A stretch of DNA of 64,000 nt from Heterodontus francisci. Lineage: Eukaryota. Below the pieces are notes generated by a model that worked only from the letters and a program-made list of their open reading frames with translations, was not told the origin of the DNA and ran no database searches. Where the stretch lies: NCBI RefSeq assembly GCF_036365525.1, contig NC_090384.1:55363895-55427894 (forward strand), read 5' to 3'. A program made the position numbers and the translations under genes. How positions within the stretch are numbered: position 1 is the stretch's first letter; each line of letters opens with the position of its first letter. Positions 40,301 to 49,700 of this stretch are shown here, piece by piece.

Positions 40301-43300
40301 ATAACTGGGGGGGAAGTGGGAAGGATCATGCAGCTGTTGAGTCTATTGTGGCCCTGGTAGTCAGTCTCTGTATTTGTTGCTTCCAAAGGCGGATGATATC
40401 CCAAGCGGTACAGATGGTAATGCTGCCCAACAAAGGGTGCACCCTGGTATCCCCTGCGGTCAGAGCCCCTCTCTCAGGGAATATGAAACATGAATATGCA
40501 TGACAGGACTTTAGCGAAGCCGTATGAGAATGATAGACTAGGATATCAGAAGCCCGCTGAACTCCAGTAGGATCCCTGGAGCAATTGGTGAGTGGAGATG
40601 ATCGGGAATGTCCAGCCTGGGTCAGGTGGTGTGCCTGACCAGGGTCCAAAAGGAGGAACTGAAGTGGGACCAGTGGGGCAACGTTAGTAGATTATTTAGC
40701 ATTAGGATACATTAACAGTCTTAGAAGGAAGAAGGAAGCACTGTAGTTGTGGGAACCAGGGTATGATGGGATGCGTGGCAATGGTTATGGGAAGCTGTAC
40801 AACTCAGAACTTTAACTGCCTTTATATCTGTGTAAACAACTTGGCCTTGAGAGAAGACTGCGATTGCAGGAGGCACAGGATATTATAAACTGTGAAGACA
40901 CCAAGCGAAGGAGACAACAGGTGGGGGGTGGGTGGATGGGTGGGTGGGATGATTAGTGAGACAATACACTTCAGTTTATTGATCAAGCTGCAGCTTTGGA
41001 ATGTATCCGGGAGTGCAGATGGGGTTGTATGGACAAATGAGTAATTGTTATTGTATTCTATAAATTTGTACCAGATTCGGTTTCTGTGAGAAGCCTCTGG
41101 ACGTTTCACCAGGCACGTCTCCCTTGCACCGCTGTTTGAATAAACCTTTATTTACTTTAATCCTGTGGACTTGAGACCAGTTATTTTCCCCACAACACCA
41201 CACACGTTAAAAGTGCCTGTAAGCTAAGTTATTGAAAGCTGGGCAGCACTGACAGCAATCACACATGTTAAATTATAAATGAACTTTTAAAGCTTTGGTA
41301 TCCCACAAGCAGCCAGAAGGAAACTAGGTTCCTAACAGCTCCTTTATACTTATTGCATTAGATGCAATGCTTCATTTGCTTTCTCTTGTATTCAACAGCA
41401 GTTTATCCTGTTGATCAGTGAGCTGCCAAAGCCTCTATATGCTGCTTTATTAAAGGAAAGGAGAGTTCAGAAGACTACCAAAGATTTGTAGGTTGATAGA
41501 TAAATTGGCCATTGTAAAAATTGCCCCTAGTGTAGGTAGGTGGTAGGAGAATTGAGGGGAAAAAGTGGGGATGTGAGAGGGAAAAATGGGATTAATGTAG
41601 CATTAGTATAAATGGGTGGTTGATGGTCGGCGTGGACTCGGTGGGCCGAAGGGCCTGTTTCGGTGTTGTATTTCTCTATGACTACCAATCAGCTGTTTAA
41701 AAAGTGTGTTACTATTCAGGAGACTATAGACCTAATAGCAAGTATGAATGATGCAATCATGACCCTTATCCCCTTCTGAGTGGTGCATCATGCTTTGAAA
41801 AAGTTAGTTTACAATTTAGAGCAAGAAATGAGTGGAAGTCAAAAATGAAATAAAAACAGGATTCTGTGACTGCATTATCTCACTGTTGATCTTTTATCCA
41901 TTTGATAGTTTGCAGATCATTTCACACATCAACTCCCTCCAAGGTTGGTGTATCTGTTGATTCTCTCTTCACCCCTTTTCCTATTTTTCCAACATTACTA
42001 AATGTTTGTTTACCTCTTGGCCATACGTTTGCTGAAGGGTACCCACCCAAAATGTCATTTAAAAAAAAATATTTATTTCCAGTATTTTCAAATCAGTCTG
42101 GGCACAAGCAGATTCCACTGTACAGACAATCTGAAGATAATTCAGCTTAATTACTGTTAATAGCAGTTTTATAAAATTACTATAAGCAATCTCCCTATGA
42201 CTCTAACACGCAGTATTATGGAACAGCTTTTAAACATGCATATTGTTGTCTCCTATTCTGAAGTTTAGAAATCTTATGGCTGGTTGATCTGAATAATCAT
42301 TATGGTATACAATAGTCTTTTCATTGTGGAATAATAAAGGATGAATTCTTGATTTAAGTCGGATGCAAGCTACAGTACAAATGCAATGTTAAATAATGGG
42401 CATGTCATTTAAACACGTGTAAGCTTCAACAAAAGCGCACTGAAAAATATTATGCAAAGAAGAGAACATACCATTCACTGTGAGTTTAGTTTCCTTTGAC
42501 GTATTGACAAATGAACGGTGATTCATGATGCACCTGTACCGATTACCATCGTCATCCAATTTTGGTTTAATTCTCACTCTACTAGAAACATTGAAGGTTC
42601 CATCACTGTTGGAAGTTAATGCACCAGTGCAGACTTCTTCTGTTAGTTTCTTAGTTTCCCCATTTGCTATCTTTTCCCAGAAGAGCTCATGCTGCTGAGG
42701 ATAAAATCCAGTAACATCACATTTCACAGACCCCTCTGAACCAGTCAGAATAGTAATGTGTTCTGTGGACAAATAGATCACTGGTGCAGCTGCATTAAAG
42801 ATAAATAGAAGAACATGTCAGACAGGTTGAAGGCACACTGCCATAAATATCTAAAGCCAGGTCGAAGTTAATTTGTACAAACATATACTAAAAACACCAC
42901 TTTCCTTCCTTCAGCTATCTCACTCATATAATAATCTTCTTCCAGAATGTGCACAATTATATCTGGGTTAAATTAAGTAACTACTCCAATACCTCAAATG
43001 TAGATTGAAACATTTCAAATTCCTCCATCATCAACAAGCATGAGGAGGAATGGGGAAAGAGATGAGGACAAAGCAGGGGAAGATGAGGAGGAGGAAGAAG
43101 ACAGAAGGAGAATGACAACAACTTGTTTATATAACCTCTAAAGAATTTAAAAGAAAAAAACCATGCATTTATATAGCATCTTTCGCAACCACAGGACATC
43201 CCAAAGTGCTTTACAGCTAATGAAATGTTTTTAAAGTGTGGTCATTGTTGTAATGTAGAAAACATGGCAGCCAATTTGCACACTGCAAATTCTCACAGAA

Positions 43301-46300
43301 AGCAATGTGATATGACCAGATAATCTATTTTTGTGATGTAGATTGAGGGATAAACATTGGGCAGGATACCAAGGGTAACTCCCCTACTTTTCTTGGTAAT
43401 AGTGCTGTGGGATCTTCCACATCACCTGAGAGGATGGACAGGGCCTCAGTTTAATGTCTTATCTGACAGACAGCACCTCCAACAGTACAAAACTCCCTCA
43501 GTGGAATGTCAGCTTTTGATTTTTTGGCTCAAGTCCTTGAGCAGGCCTTAAACCCACAACCTTCTAACTTAAAGACAAGAGTGCTACCAAATGAGCTACA
43601 AGCAACACGAAAGATATTTAGGAAGAAATGCCAGAACACAGGAACAAGGTGATTGAAGGAATGGTGGGACAGAGGATTGCAGGATACTTAACAAGCCATA
43701 GTCAGAAGAACAGAGTTTTCAGGGTGGGGTCAGTAGGTCTGGAGAAGATTACAGAGATATGGAAGGCTAAGGCCATAAAAAGGACTTGTATCATTTAAAA
43801 TTCATACACCAAAAAGAACATCTCACAAACAAATATTTACCCCATCGATATTTTCTAAATCCTGGACAAACCTGCCAGAAAGTCGACAATATTTTCATGT
43901 TAGAATTGCTGCAGAAATTGGCCTTGACCAGTTGTAGATTTCTCAGGGCTATGGAAATAATTAACCCTCAAAGGGTTTAGAGTGATGATAAAGAAAGCCT
44001 CAGATTTCCATAGAAAATAGGAGCAGGAGTAGGCCATTTGGCTCTTCGAGCCTGCTCCACCATTCATTATGATCATGGCTGATCATCCAACTCAGTAACC
44101 TGTTCCCACTTTCCCCCCATATCCTTTGATCCCTTTTGCTCCAAGAGCTATATCTAACTCCTTCTTGAAAACATACAATGTTTTGGCCTAAACTGCTTTC
44201 TGTGGTAACGAATTCCACAGGCTCACTACACTCTGGGTGAAGAAATCTCTCCTCATCTCAGTCCTGAAAGCTTTACCCCGTATCCTTAAGACTATGACCC
44301 CTGGTGCTGGACTCCCCCACCATCTGGAACATCCTTCCTGCATTTACTCTGTCAAATCCTGTTAGATTTTATAGGTTTCTATGAGATCCCCCCTCACTCT
44401 TCTGAACTCCAGCGAATATAATCCTGACCAACTCAATCGCTCCTCATAGGTCAGTCCCACTATCCCAGGAATCAGTCTGGTAAACCTTCACTGCACTCCC
44501 TCTGTAGCAAGAACATCCTTCCTCAGATAAGGAGACCAAAACTGCACACAATATTCCAGGCGCAGTCTCACCAAGATCCTGTATAATAGCAGCAAGACAT
44601 CCCTGCTCCTATGCTCTAATCCTTTCGCTGTGAAGGCCAACATACCATTTGCCTTTTTACCGCCTGTTGCACCTGCATGCTTACCTTCAGCGATTGGTGA
44701 ACGAGAACACTCAGGTCTCATTGCATATTCCCCTCTCTCAGTTTATAGACGTTCAGATAATAATTCGCCTTCCGGTTTTTGCTACCAAAGTGGATAACCT
44801 CACATTTATCCACATTATACTGCATCTGCCATGCATTTGCCCACTCACTCAACTTGTCCAAATCACCCTGAAGCCTCTCTGCATCCTCCTCACAACTCAC
44901 CCTCCCACCCAGTTTTGTGTCATCTGTAAATCTGGAGATATTACATTTAGTTCCCTCATCTAAATCATTAATATATATTGTAAATCGCTGGGGTCCTAGC
45001 ACCGATCCCTGCGGTACCCCACTCGACACTGCCTACCATTCGGAAAAAGACCCATTTATTCCTACTCTTTATTTCCTGTCTGCCAACCAATTTTCTATCC
45101 ATCGCAATACACTACCCCCAATCCCACACGCTTTAATTTTACACGCTAATCTCTTATGTGGGACTTTGCCAAACGCCTTCTGAAAGTCCAAATAAACCAC
45201 ATCCACTGGCTCCCCCCTCATCAACTCTACTAGTTATATCCTCGAAGAATTCTAGTAGATTTTTCAAGCACAATTTCCCTTTTGTAAATCCATGCTGACT
45301 CTGTCCAATTCTATCACTGTTCTCCAAGTACTCTGCTATAAAATCTTTGATAATCTTCCATTTGCAAATCTACCATATTAATATAAATGTTTTGTGCAAC
45401 TTTTTAAACTATGTTTTATAGTGATACTCAAGGGATTGTGCATGTAATTTGTATTTTTTCTTACTGGTTATGTAGACTTCATAAATCTCGATATTGGGAG
45501 TATGCTGATTGGTTGTTTTAGGTTGTTTGTTCTTTGGGAGCTGTTTGCGGGCACGTCTTGTGCAGCCTATTAGTTTTCTGTTCTGAGCAGATGACATAAT
45601 AAAAATTTACCAGAGCACTCTTTTTGAAGAAGTAGTTTTTGTGTTCTTTTCTGCACATTACAGTTGTGTTGCTACCAAAGAAAACTCTTCTATTCTGCCC
45701 CAACATTGCAACTCACCTTTAACCCCAGAGAATTACCTCCGCTACACCATTACAAGCTTCCCATTTCCCAGACTTCCTGCTAGTCTCAGGGGTTAGACTG
45801 CAAATTCCACGTCAAAATTAAGACTGCCCAAACTCATTGAACACATTGCTAGGAGACGGAGCAAAATGTCATTCCATCAGTCTGAGCTGCATTAAAACCC
45901 AGGTTTCATAAGTGAAAAGGTAGTGTGCCAACCCAAAGAATCACCTACTATATATTGAGCATATTTATTTTACAGCTGTAAAGGTGTTTCCACAATACAA
46001 CAGATAACATTTTGGACACTCTTACCTGACACCTGCATTTCCGATCTCTTTTCTACCTTATCAGGTGTGACAAATACAGTGCAAGTGTACTCCCCTTCTT
46101 CATCAAACTGTATGTTTGGAAGATATAGTGAAGCAACTCCTCCCTGTAAATCAGCATCAGACATTTTTGCTCCTTGTCTTTTTGATGAATGTATTCCTCC
46201 ATTAAAGACATAGATTTCTTTCTTCTCAGGCCCAAATGCCCACTGGACCCCTACATTTGTTAGGTCGATAGCTCCTCCGACAGTAAATATACATTCAAGG

Positions 46301-46361
46301 GAAACATCTTCCTTCGCCAAGACTTCCTTTGGGCTTGTAAATATGTTCACCTCCAAGGTTT
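4268..46361 (-). CDS. NCR3LG1: B7-H6/NCR3LG1-like multi-exon gene, partial: IgV-IgC1-TM-(IgC1)x6-Tyr motif, ~956 aa over 10 exons; leader and last exon not located
   Basis: Exons 46026-46361, 42472-42789, 23462-23572, 14814-15239, 14181-14561, 13539-13850, 7197-7517, 5791-6102, 4578-4886 and 4268-4309. All have AG/GT borders, lengths divisible by 3, phase 1-1 junctions and no stops. V and first C1 resemble human B7-H6 as I recall it ([26 protein letters not shown]; [10 protein letters not shown]). The symbol means 'like'; orthology is not tested. Confidence 0.8.
4578..4886 (-). CDS. Exon: post-TM IgC1 domain 6 (B-strand Cys to Ile)
   Basis: tttcag|CTTTATCT...CTTCAAG|gtgaa; 309 nt. [30 protein letters not shown]. 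Confidence 0.88.
5791..6102 (-). CDS. Exon: post-TM IgC1 domain 5 (F-strand Cys to Phe)
   Basis: aacag|GAATTCCA...CTTTCAG|gtatg; 312 nt. [29 protein letters not shown]. Confidence 0.88.
6322..7043. mobile_element. Solo LTR
   Basis: Begins TGTGATG and ends CATGACA (imperfect inverted termini); flanked by the 4-bp direct repeat ATAA (6318-6321, 7044-7047). Confidence 0.65.
7197..7517 (-). CDS. Exon: post-TM IgC1 domain 4 (F-strand Cys to Met)
   Basis: tgcag|TGTCGGTG...ATAAAAG|gtatg; 321 nt. [27 protein letters not shown]. Confidence 0.88.
7900..8345 (+). mobile_element. CR1 LINE 3' fragment
   Basis: [16 protein letters not shown] motif; tail ending ATTCTATGATTCTA. Confidence 0.85.
8370..8790 (+). 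mobile_element. DeuSINE (SacSINE1-like) remnant
   Basis: Deu-domain-like CTCTTCAGATGGACATAAAAGATCTCACTGCAC; related to the copy at 43150-43610. Confidence 0.45.
10600..13285 (+). mobile_element. Degenerate LINE of the CR1/L2 superclade (endonuclease-RT), distinct from the HER1-type copies
   Basis: Frameshifted pieces [34 protein letters not shown]; 3' end CACCACCACCTTCTCAAG...CCCACATCCCATGAA. Confidence 0.8.
13539..13850 (-). CDS. Exon: post-TM IgC1 domain 3
   Basis: tttcag|CTACTCCA...CGACTGG|gtaagt; 312 nt. [35 protein letters not shown]; canonical C1 set. Confidence 0.92.
14181..14561 (-). CDS. Exon: post-TM IgC1 domain 2
   Basis: caaag|TGCCACCA...GTTAAAG|gtatg; 381 nt. [29 protein letters not shown]; both Cys present. 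Confidence 0.88.
14814..15239 (-). CDS. Exon: post-TM IgC1-like domain 1 (degenerate, long insertion)
   Basis: ttattag|TTTCTCCA...AAAGGAG|gtaat; 426 nt. [46 protein letters not shown]; lacks the C-strand Trp and F-strand Cys. Confidence 0.85.
15595..15755 (+). mobile_element. Penelope-derived short element with 13-bp TSD
   Basis: CACAGATGCTGCCAGA family; flanked by CTCTTAAAATTAA at 15582-15594 and 15756-15768. Confidence 0.65.
16131..16848. mobile_element. Harbinger-like MITE
   Basis: Imperfect TIRs GGGCTGGATTTTACG / CGTAAATTTCCGGCC; an internal ~180 bp is near-identical to 15826-16005. Confidence 0.6.
18346..20700 (-). mobile_element. CR1 LINE fragment (endonuclease-RT)
   Basis: Minus-strand ORFs with [22 protein letters not shown] and [10 protein letters not shown]. 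Confidence 0.85.
19042..19382 (+). mobile_element. HE1-type tRNA-derived V-SINE
   Basis: A box TGGCGCAGTGG, B box GGTTCGATTCC, V-core TCTGCGTGGGTTTTCTCCGGGTGCTCC, CR1-derived tail and poly(A). Confidence 0.9.
20866..21060. repeat. Minisatellite, ~5 copies of a ~37-45 bp unit (TACACTGAATGC..GTTGACCC..CCCCATG)
   Basis: Directly visible imperfect tandem repeats. Confidence 0.8.
21740..23100 (+). mobile_element. Degenerate CR1 RT fragment containing a Penelope-derived insert (~22446-22546)
   Basis: [12 protein letters not shown] and SADDTQL motifs; insert flanked by TTATGAA repeats. Confidence 0.75.
23462..23572 (-). CDS. Exon: transmembrane segment ([37 protein letters not shown])
   Basis: tatttcag|AGCAC...AAAAAAG|gtaatg; 111 nt, phase 1-1, in frame with both flanking Ig exons. 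~27 uncharged residues followed by KFKK (positive-inside). Absent from the ORF track. Confidence 0.85.
23905..24244 (-). mobile_element. HE1-type V-SINE
   Basis: Reverse complement of 19042-19382, with poly(T). Confidence 0.9.
24370..25260 (-). mobile_element. CR1 ORF1 (esterase) remnant
   Basis: [13 protein letters not shown] motif; homologous to 34060-34981. Confidence 0.7.
27718..28068 (-). mobile_element. HE1-type V-SINE
   Basis: Full-length reverse-complement copy of 19042-19382. Confidence 0.9.
29017..29543 (+). repeat. 5' LTR
   Basis: TGAAGTGGGACCAG...CACAACA; AATAAA at ~29486. Confidence 0.9.
29547..29564 (+). promoter_or_regulatory. Primer-binding site, tRNA-Ser
   Basis: TGGCATAGTTGGCAGGAT versus TGGCGTAGTCGGCAGGAT, the complement of the vertebrate tRNA-Ser 3' end; 2 mismatches, both CpG-type transitions. 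Confidence 0.8.
31406..31500 (+). mobile_element. Penelope-derived short element with hammerhead-like core and 16-bp TSD
   Basis: CCGAAGA-AGGGTCACTGACCC-GAAACGTT; TSD TAGGAGGAACTAAGTT at 31390-31405 and 31501-31516. Confidence 0.75.
31680..33300 (+). mobile_element. 5'-truncated CR1 LINE (RT) nested in the ERV
   Basis: ORFs 31767-32660 and 32664-33212 with YRPISL, QGSMLGP and FTDD. Confidence 0.9.
33780..37970 (+). mobile_element. Near full-length CR1/HER1 LINE (ORF1 Zn-finger/SGNH esterase; ORF2 endonuclease-RT, frameshifted) nested in the ERV
   Basis: [13 protein letters not shown].., IVIGDS..HVGTND; [26 protein letters not shown]; ATTCTGTG tail. Confidence 0.92.
38560..40560 (+). pseudogene. 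Disrupted env-like ORF of the LTR element
   Basis: Non-LINE ORF fragments with N-glycosylation sequons (NIT, NST, NGT) and a terminal hydrophobic segment [13 protein letters not shown], directly upstream of the PPT and 3' LTR. Identity is inferred from position. Confidence 0.45.
39667..40177 (-). mobile_element. Rearranged CR1 fragment inside the env-like region
   Basis: Near-identical to the reverse complement of ~49600-50090 plus tail; has an internal deletion and two micro-inversions. Confidence 0.85.
40648..40658 (+). promoter_or_regulatory. Polypurine tract
   Basis: AAAAGGAGGAA immediately before the 3' LTR TG. Confidence 0.75.
40660..41197 (+). repeat. 3' LTR
   Basis: Direct repeat of 29017-29543 with substitutions and indels. 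Confidence 0.9.
41478..41685 (+). mobile_element. HE1-type SINE, 3' half
   Basis: Matches 19190-19375. Confidence 0.75.
42472..42789 (-). CDS. NCR3LG1: Exon: extracellular IgC1-set domain (B7-H6/tapasin-like)
   Basis: tgcag|CTGCACCA...GTGAATG|gtatg; 318 nt. [37 protein letters not shown]; both Cys present; NVS and NTS sequons. Confidence 0.92.
43150..43610 (-). mobile_element. DeuSINE (SacSINE1-like) with L2-type tail
   Basis: TTTATATAGC..CCCAAAGTGCTTTACA tail, Deu-like core, and a tRNA-like head at the right end. Confidence 0.55.
44010..45350 (-). mobile_element. 5'-truncated CR1 LINE
   Basis: [18 protein letters not shown] and [11 protein letters not shown]. Confidence 0.88.
46026..46361 (-). 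CDS. NCR3LG1: Exon: IgV-set domain (B7-H6-like)
   Basis: tttag|AAACCTTGGAG...GTGTCAG|gtaag; 336 nt. [45 protein letters not shown], with the canonical Cys-Trp-Cys. Confidence 0.92.
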
Positions 46362-46766
46362 CTAAATATCAAGAGAACAATTAAAACATGAATATCGCCA
46401 TTCAAATGTCTCAACTAGAAATAACAGAGATTCAAAATATACTATTGAAGTGGCTCAGTAGCACCTCAGATACTCATCTCCAAAGCACTGCCATGGAATG
46501 TTTAGTTGCAAGTCACATCCTTGACATGGTCTGCTACCAATGTGTAATCCCTTTGAGAGGGGTTGAGCAAATGATAGTTGCTTCCTCATAGGGAATTAGG
46601 GAGCATCACATTAGGTAATTCACTTGGATCCCCTATCAACTGATTATGAAGCAGCAAAGATGGAGGACAGGAAATGGGCTCATGAGCATCCATTTTTTGG
46701 GCACTACAGGTGCCCTTAGAGCTCCAACAACTCATCCGCTGCCAAGACCACTCTCGAGAAGCTCTA

Positions 46767-49700
46767 CATTTGACAAATAGAAAATTTCTCTATGGCCCAG
46801 GGATCCAATTCTGATTGTCATCAACAAACTTCTATAAGGTGCATGTATGTTGACAGCTAGCAAGTACAAGATGGAGATCAACGGAAGACCTTCATGGCTG
46901 AGTAGTTTTCTGACCATGCTTAGTTTGATATGTGACGAATAGTCACTTGGACAGGGATTTGAAGGCGACTGGTGACTATATTGAGGGCTGTTAAGAGTTT
47001 GTTGAATCTTACCACTGCATCAATTGTCACCTTCAAGAGAGAAAAGATTAGCTTACCGCACAAGCTAATCATCATGAGTGCTTTACCATAGGAAGGGGGA
47101 GGGCGAGAGGGAGAGGGCGAGGGCGAGGGAAGTGACAACTCATTGGAGATACTCAACTGCTTGCGGCACTGAATTCAGGTCCTCGGGAGTTGACTCCTCG
47201 CCTTAACCTCCAAGGCTATCGACTCCCACTGCCTTCTGAGCATAATTCTGGAGGGCTTTCAAGACCCCTGTGGATGCAGAACTTTCCTACTTTCCACATC
47301 CTCCACCATGACCTCCAGTGCAGTGAACGAAAAGCTTGGAGTCCACTCTCCCCCCTGTTGTGCCATTATTCAAAGTTTACCTGGTCAGATTCACTTCCTA
47401 TATGACAGCCCTACACACTCCAGTCACAATGCAGCTGAACACGTGGCTACAGAACTGGTGTAGGAGGGAGGGATTCAGATATGTGGATCATTGGGATACC
47501 TTGTGGGGAAGGTGGGACCTGTACAAGAAGGACGGGTTGCATCTGAACTGGAGGGGCACCAATATCCTGGGCGGGAGGTTTGCTGGAGCTCTTCGGGAGG
47601 GTTTAAACTAGTTTGGCAGGGGGATGGGAACCAGAGCTACGGATCAGTGGATGGGGTAGCTGTTGAACAGGCAGATGCCGAGTGCAGAGAGTCTGTGAGG
47701 AAGGTTAGACAGTTGACAGGGCAAAGTTGCAGCCAGTATGATGGGTTGAAGTGTGTCTATTTTAACGCAAGAAGTGTCAGGAATAAGGGTGATGAACTTA
47801 GAGCATGGATCAGTACTTGGAGCTACGATGTTATGGCCATTACGGAGACGTGGATATCACAGGGGCAGGAATGGATGTTGGATGTTCCGGGGTTTAGATG
47901 TTTCAAAAGGAATAGGGAGGGAGGTAACAGAGGTGGGGGAGTGGCATTGTTAATCAGGGATAGTATCGCAGCTGCAGAAAGGGAGGTCGTCGAGGACGGT
48001 TTGTCTACTGAGTCATTATGGGTGGAAGTCAGAAACAGGAAAGGAGCAGTCACTTTGTTGGGAGTTTTCTATAGACACCCCAATAGCAACAGAGACATGG
48101 AGGAACAGATTGGGAGGCAGATTTTGGAAAGGTGCAGAAGTAACAGGGTTGTTGTCATGGGTGACTTCAACTTCCCTAATATTGATTGGAACCTCCTTCG
48201 TGCAAATAGTTTGGATGGAGCAGTTTTTGTCAGGTGTGTCCAGGAAGGTTTCCTGACTCAATATGTAGATAGGCTGACTAGAGGGGAGACTATGTTGGAC
48301 TTGGTGCTTGGCAACGAACCAGGCCAGGTGGCAGATCTCTCGGTGGGAAAGCATTTCGGTGATAGTGATCACAACTCCCTGACCTTTACTATAGTCATGG
48401 AACAGGAGCAGACGGGATGGGAAAATATTTAATTGGGGGAGGGGGAATTACAATGATATTAGGCAGGAACTGGGGAGCATAAATTGGGAACAGATGTTCT
48501 CAGGGAAATGCACGACAGAAATGTGGAGGTTGTTTAGGCAGCACTTGCTGCGACTGCTGGATAGGTTTGTCCTGATGAGGCAGGGAAGGGATGGTAGGGT
48601 GAAGGAACCTTGGATGACAAGAGATGTGGAACAGCTAGTCAAGAGGAAGAAGGAAGCTTACTTAAGGTTGAGGAAGCAAGGATCAGACAGGACTCTAGAG
48701 GGTTACAAGGTAGCCAGGAAGGAACTGAAGAATGGACTTAGGAGAGCTAGAAGGGGACATGAAAAAGTCTTGGCGGGTAGGATTAAGGAAAATCCCAAGG
48801 CGTTCTACACTTATGTGAGGAACAAGAGGATGGCCAGAGTGAGGGTAGGGCCGATCAGGGATAGTGGAGGGAACTTGTGCCTGGAGTCGGAGGAGGTAGG
48901 GGAGGTCCTAAATGAATACTTTGCTTCAGTATTCACTAGTGAGAGGGACCTGGTCGTTTGTGAGGACAGCGTGGAACAGGCTGATATGCTCGAACAGGTT
49001 GAGGTTAAGAGGGAGGATGTGCTGGAAATTTTGAATGATATGAGGACAGATAAGTCCCCGGGGCCAGACGGGATATACCCAAGGATATTACGGGAAGCGA
49101 GGGAAGAGATTGCTGCGCCTTTGGCGATGATCTTTGCGTCTTCACTGTCCACTGGAGTAGTACCAGATGATTGGAGGGTGGAAAATGTTGTTCCCTTGTT
49201 CATGAAAGGGAATAGGGATAACCCTGGGAATTATAGACCAGTCAGTCTTGCGTCGGTAGTGGGCAAATTATTGGAGAGGATTCTGAGAGACAGGATTTAT
49301 GATTATTTGGAAAAGCATGGTTGGATTAGAGACAGTCAGCATGGCTTTGTGAGGGGCAGCTCATGCCTCACATTCCTTACTGAATTCTTTGAAGATGTGA
49401 CAAAACACATTGATGAAGGAAGAGCAGTGGATGTGGTGTATATGGATTTTAGCAAGGCGTTTGATTAGGTTTCCCATGGTAGGCTCATTCAGAAAGTATG
49501 GAGGCATGGGATTCAGGGAAAGTTGGCTGTCTGGATACAAAATTGGCTGGCCCACAGAAGTCAGAGGGTGGTAGTAGATGGAAAGTATTCAGCATGGAGC
49601 TCAGTGACCAGTGGTGTTCCACAAAGATCTGTTCTGGGACCTCTGCTCTTTGTGATTTTTATAAATGACTTGGATGAGGAAGTGGAAGGCTGGGTTAGCA

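Larger units (their letters stand above)
29017..41197 (+). mobile_element. LTR retroelement / endogenous retrovirus-like provirus (defective, with nested insertions)
   Basis: Direct-repeat LTRs at 29017-29543 and 40660-41197 (TG...CA), PBS after the 5' LTR, PPT before the 3' LTR, env-like remnant; antisense to the host gene. Confidence 0.88.

Noticed and set aside
4578-46361. Immunoglobulin heavy chain (IgW/IgNAR) or TCR locus, suggested by V plus many C1 domains
   Set aside because: The V exon is complete through strand G and splices directly; no RSS or D/J segments were seen; the sequence resembles B7-H6; and the TM precedes most of the C domains.
47057-47090. MMISLC-G|gtaagc phase-1 candidate leader
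   Set aside because: Too short for a signal peptide and lies inside the TIR transposon.
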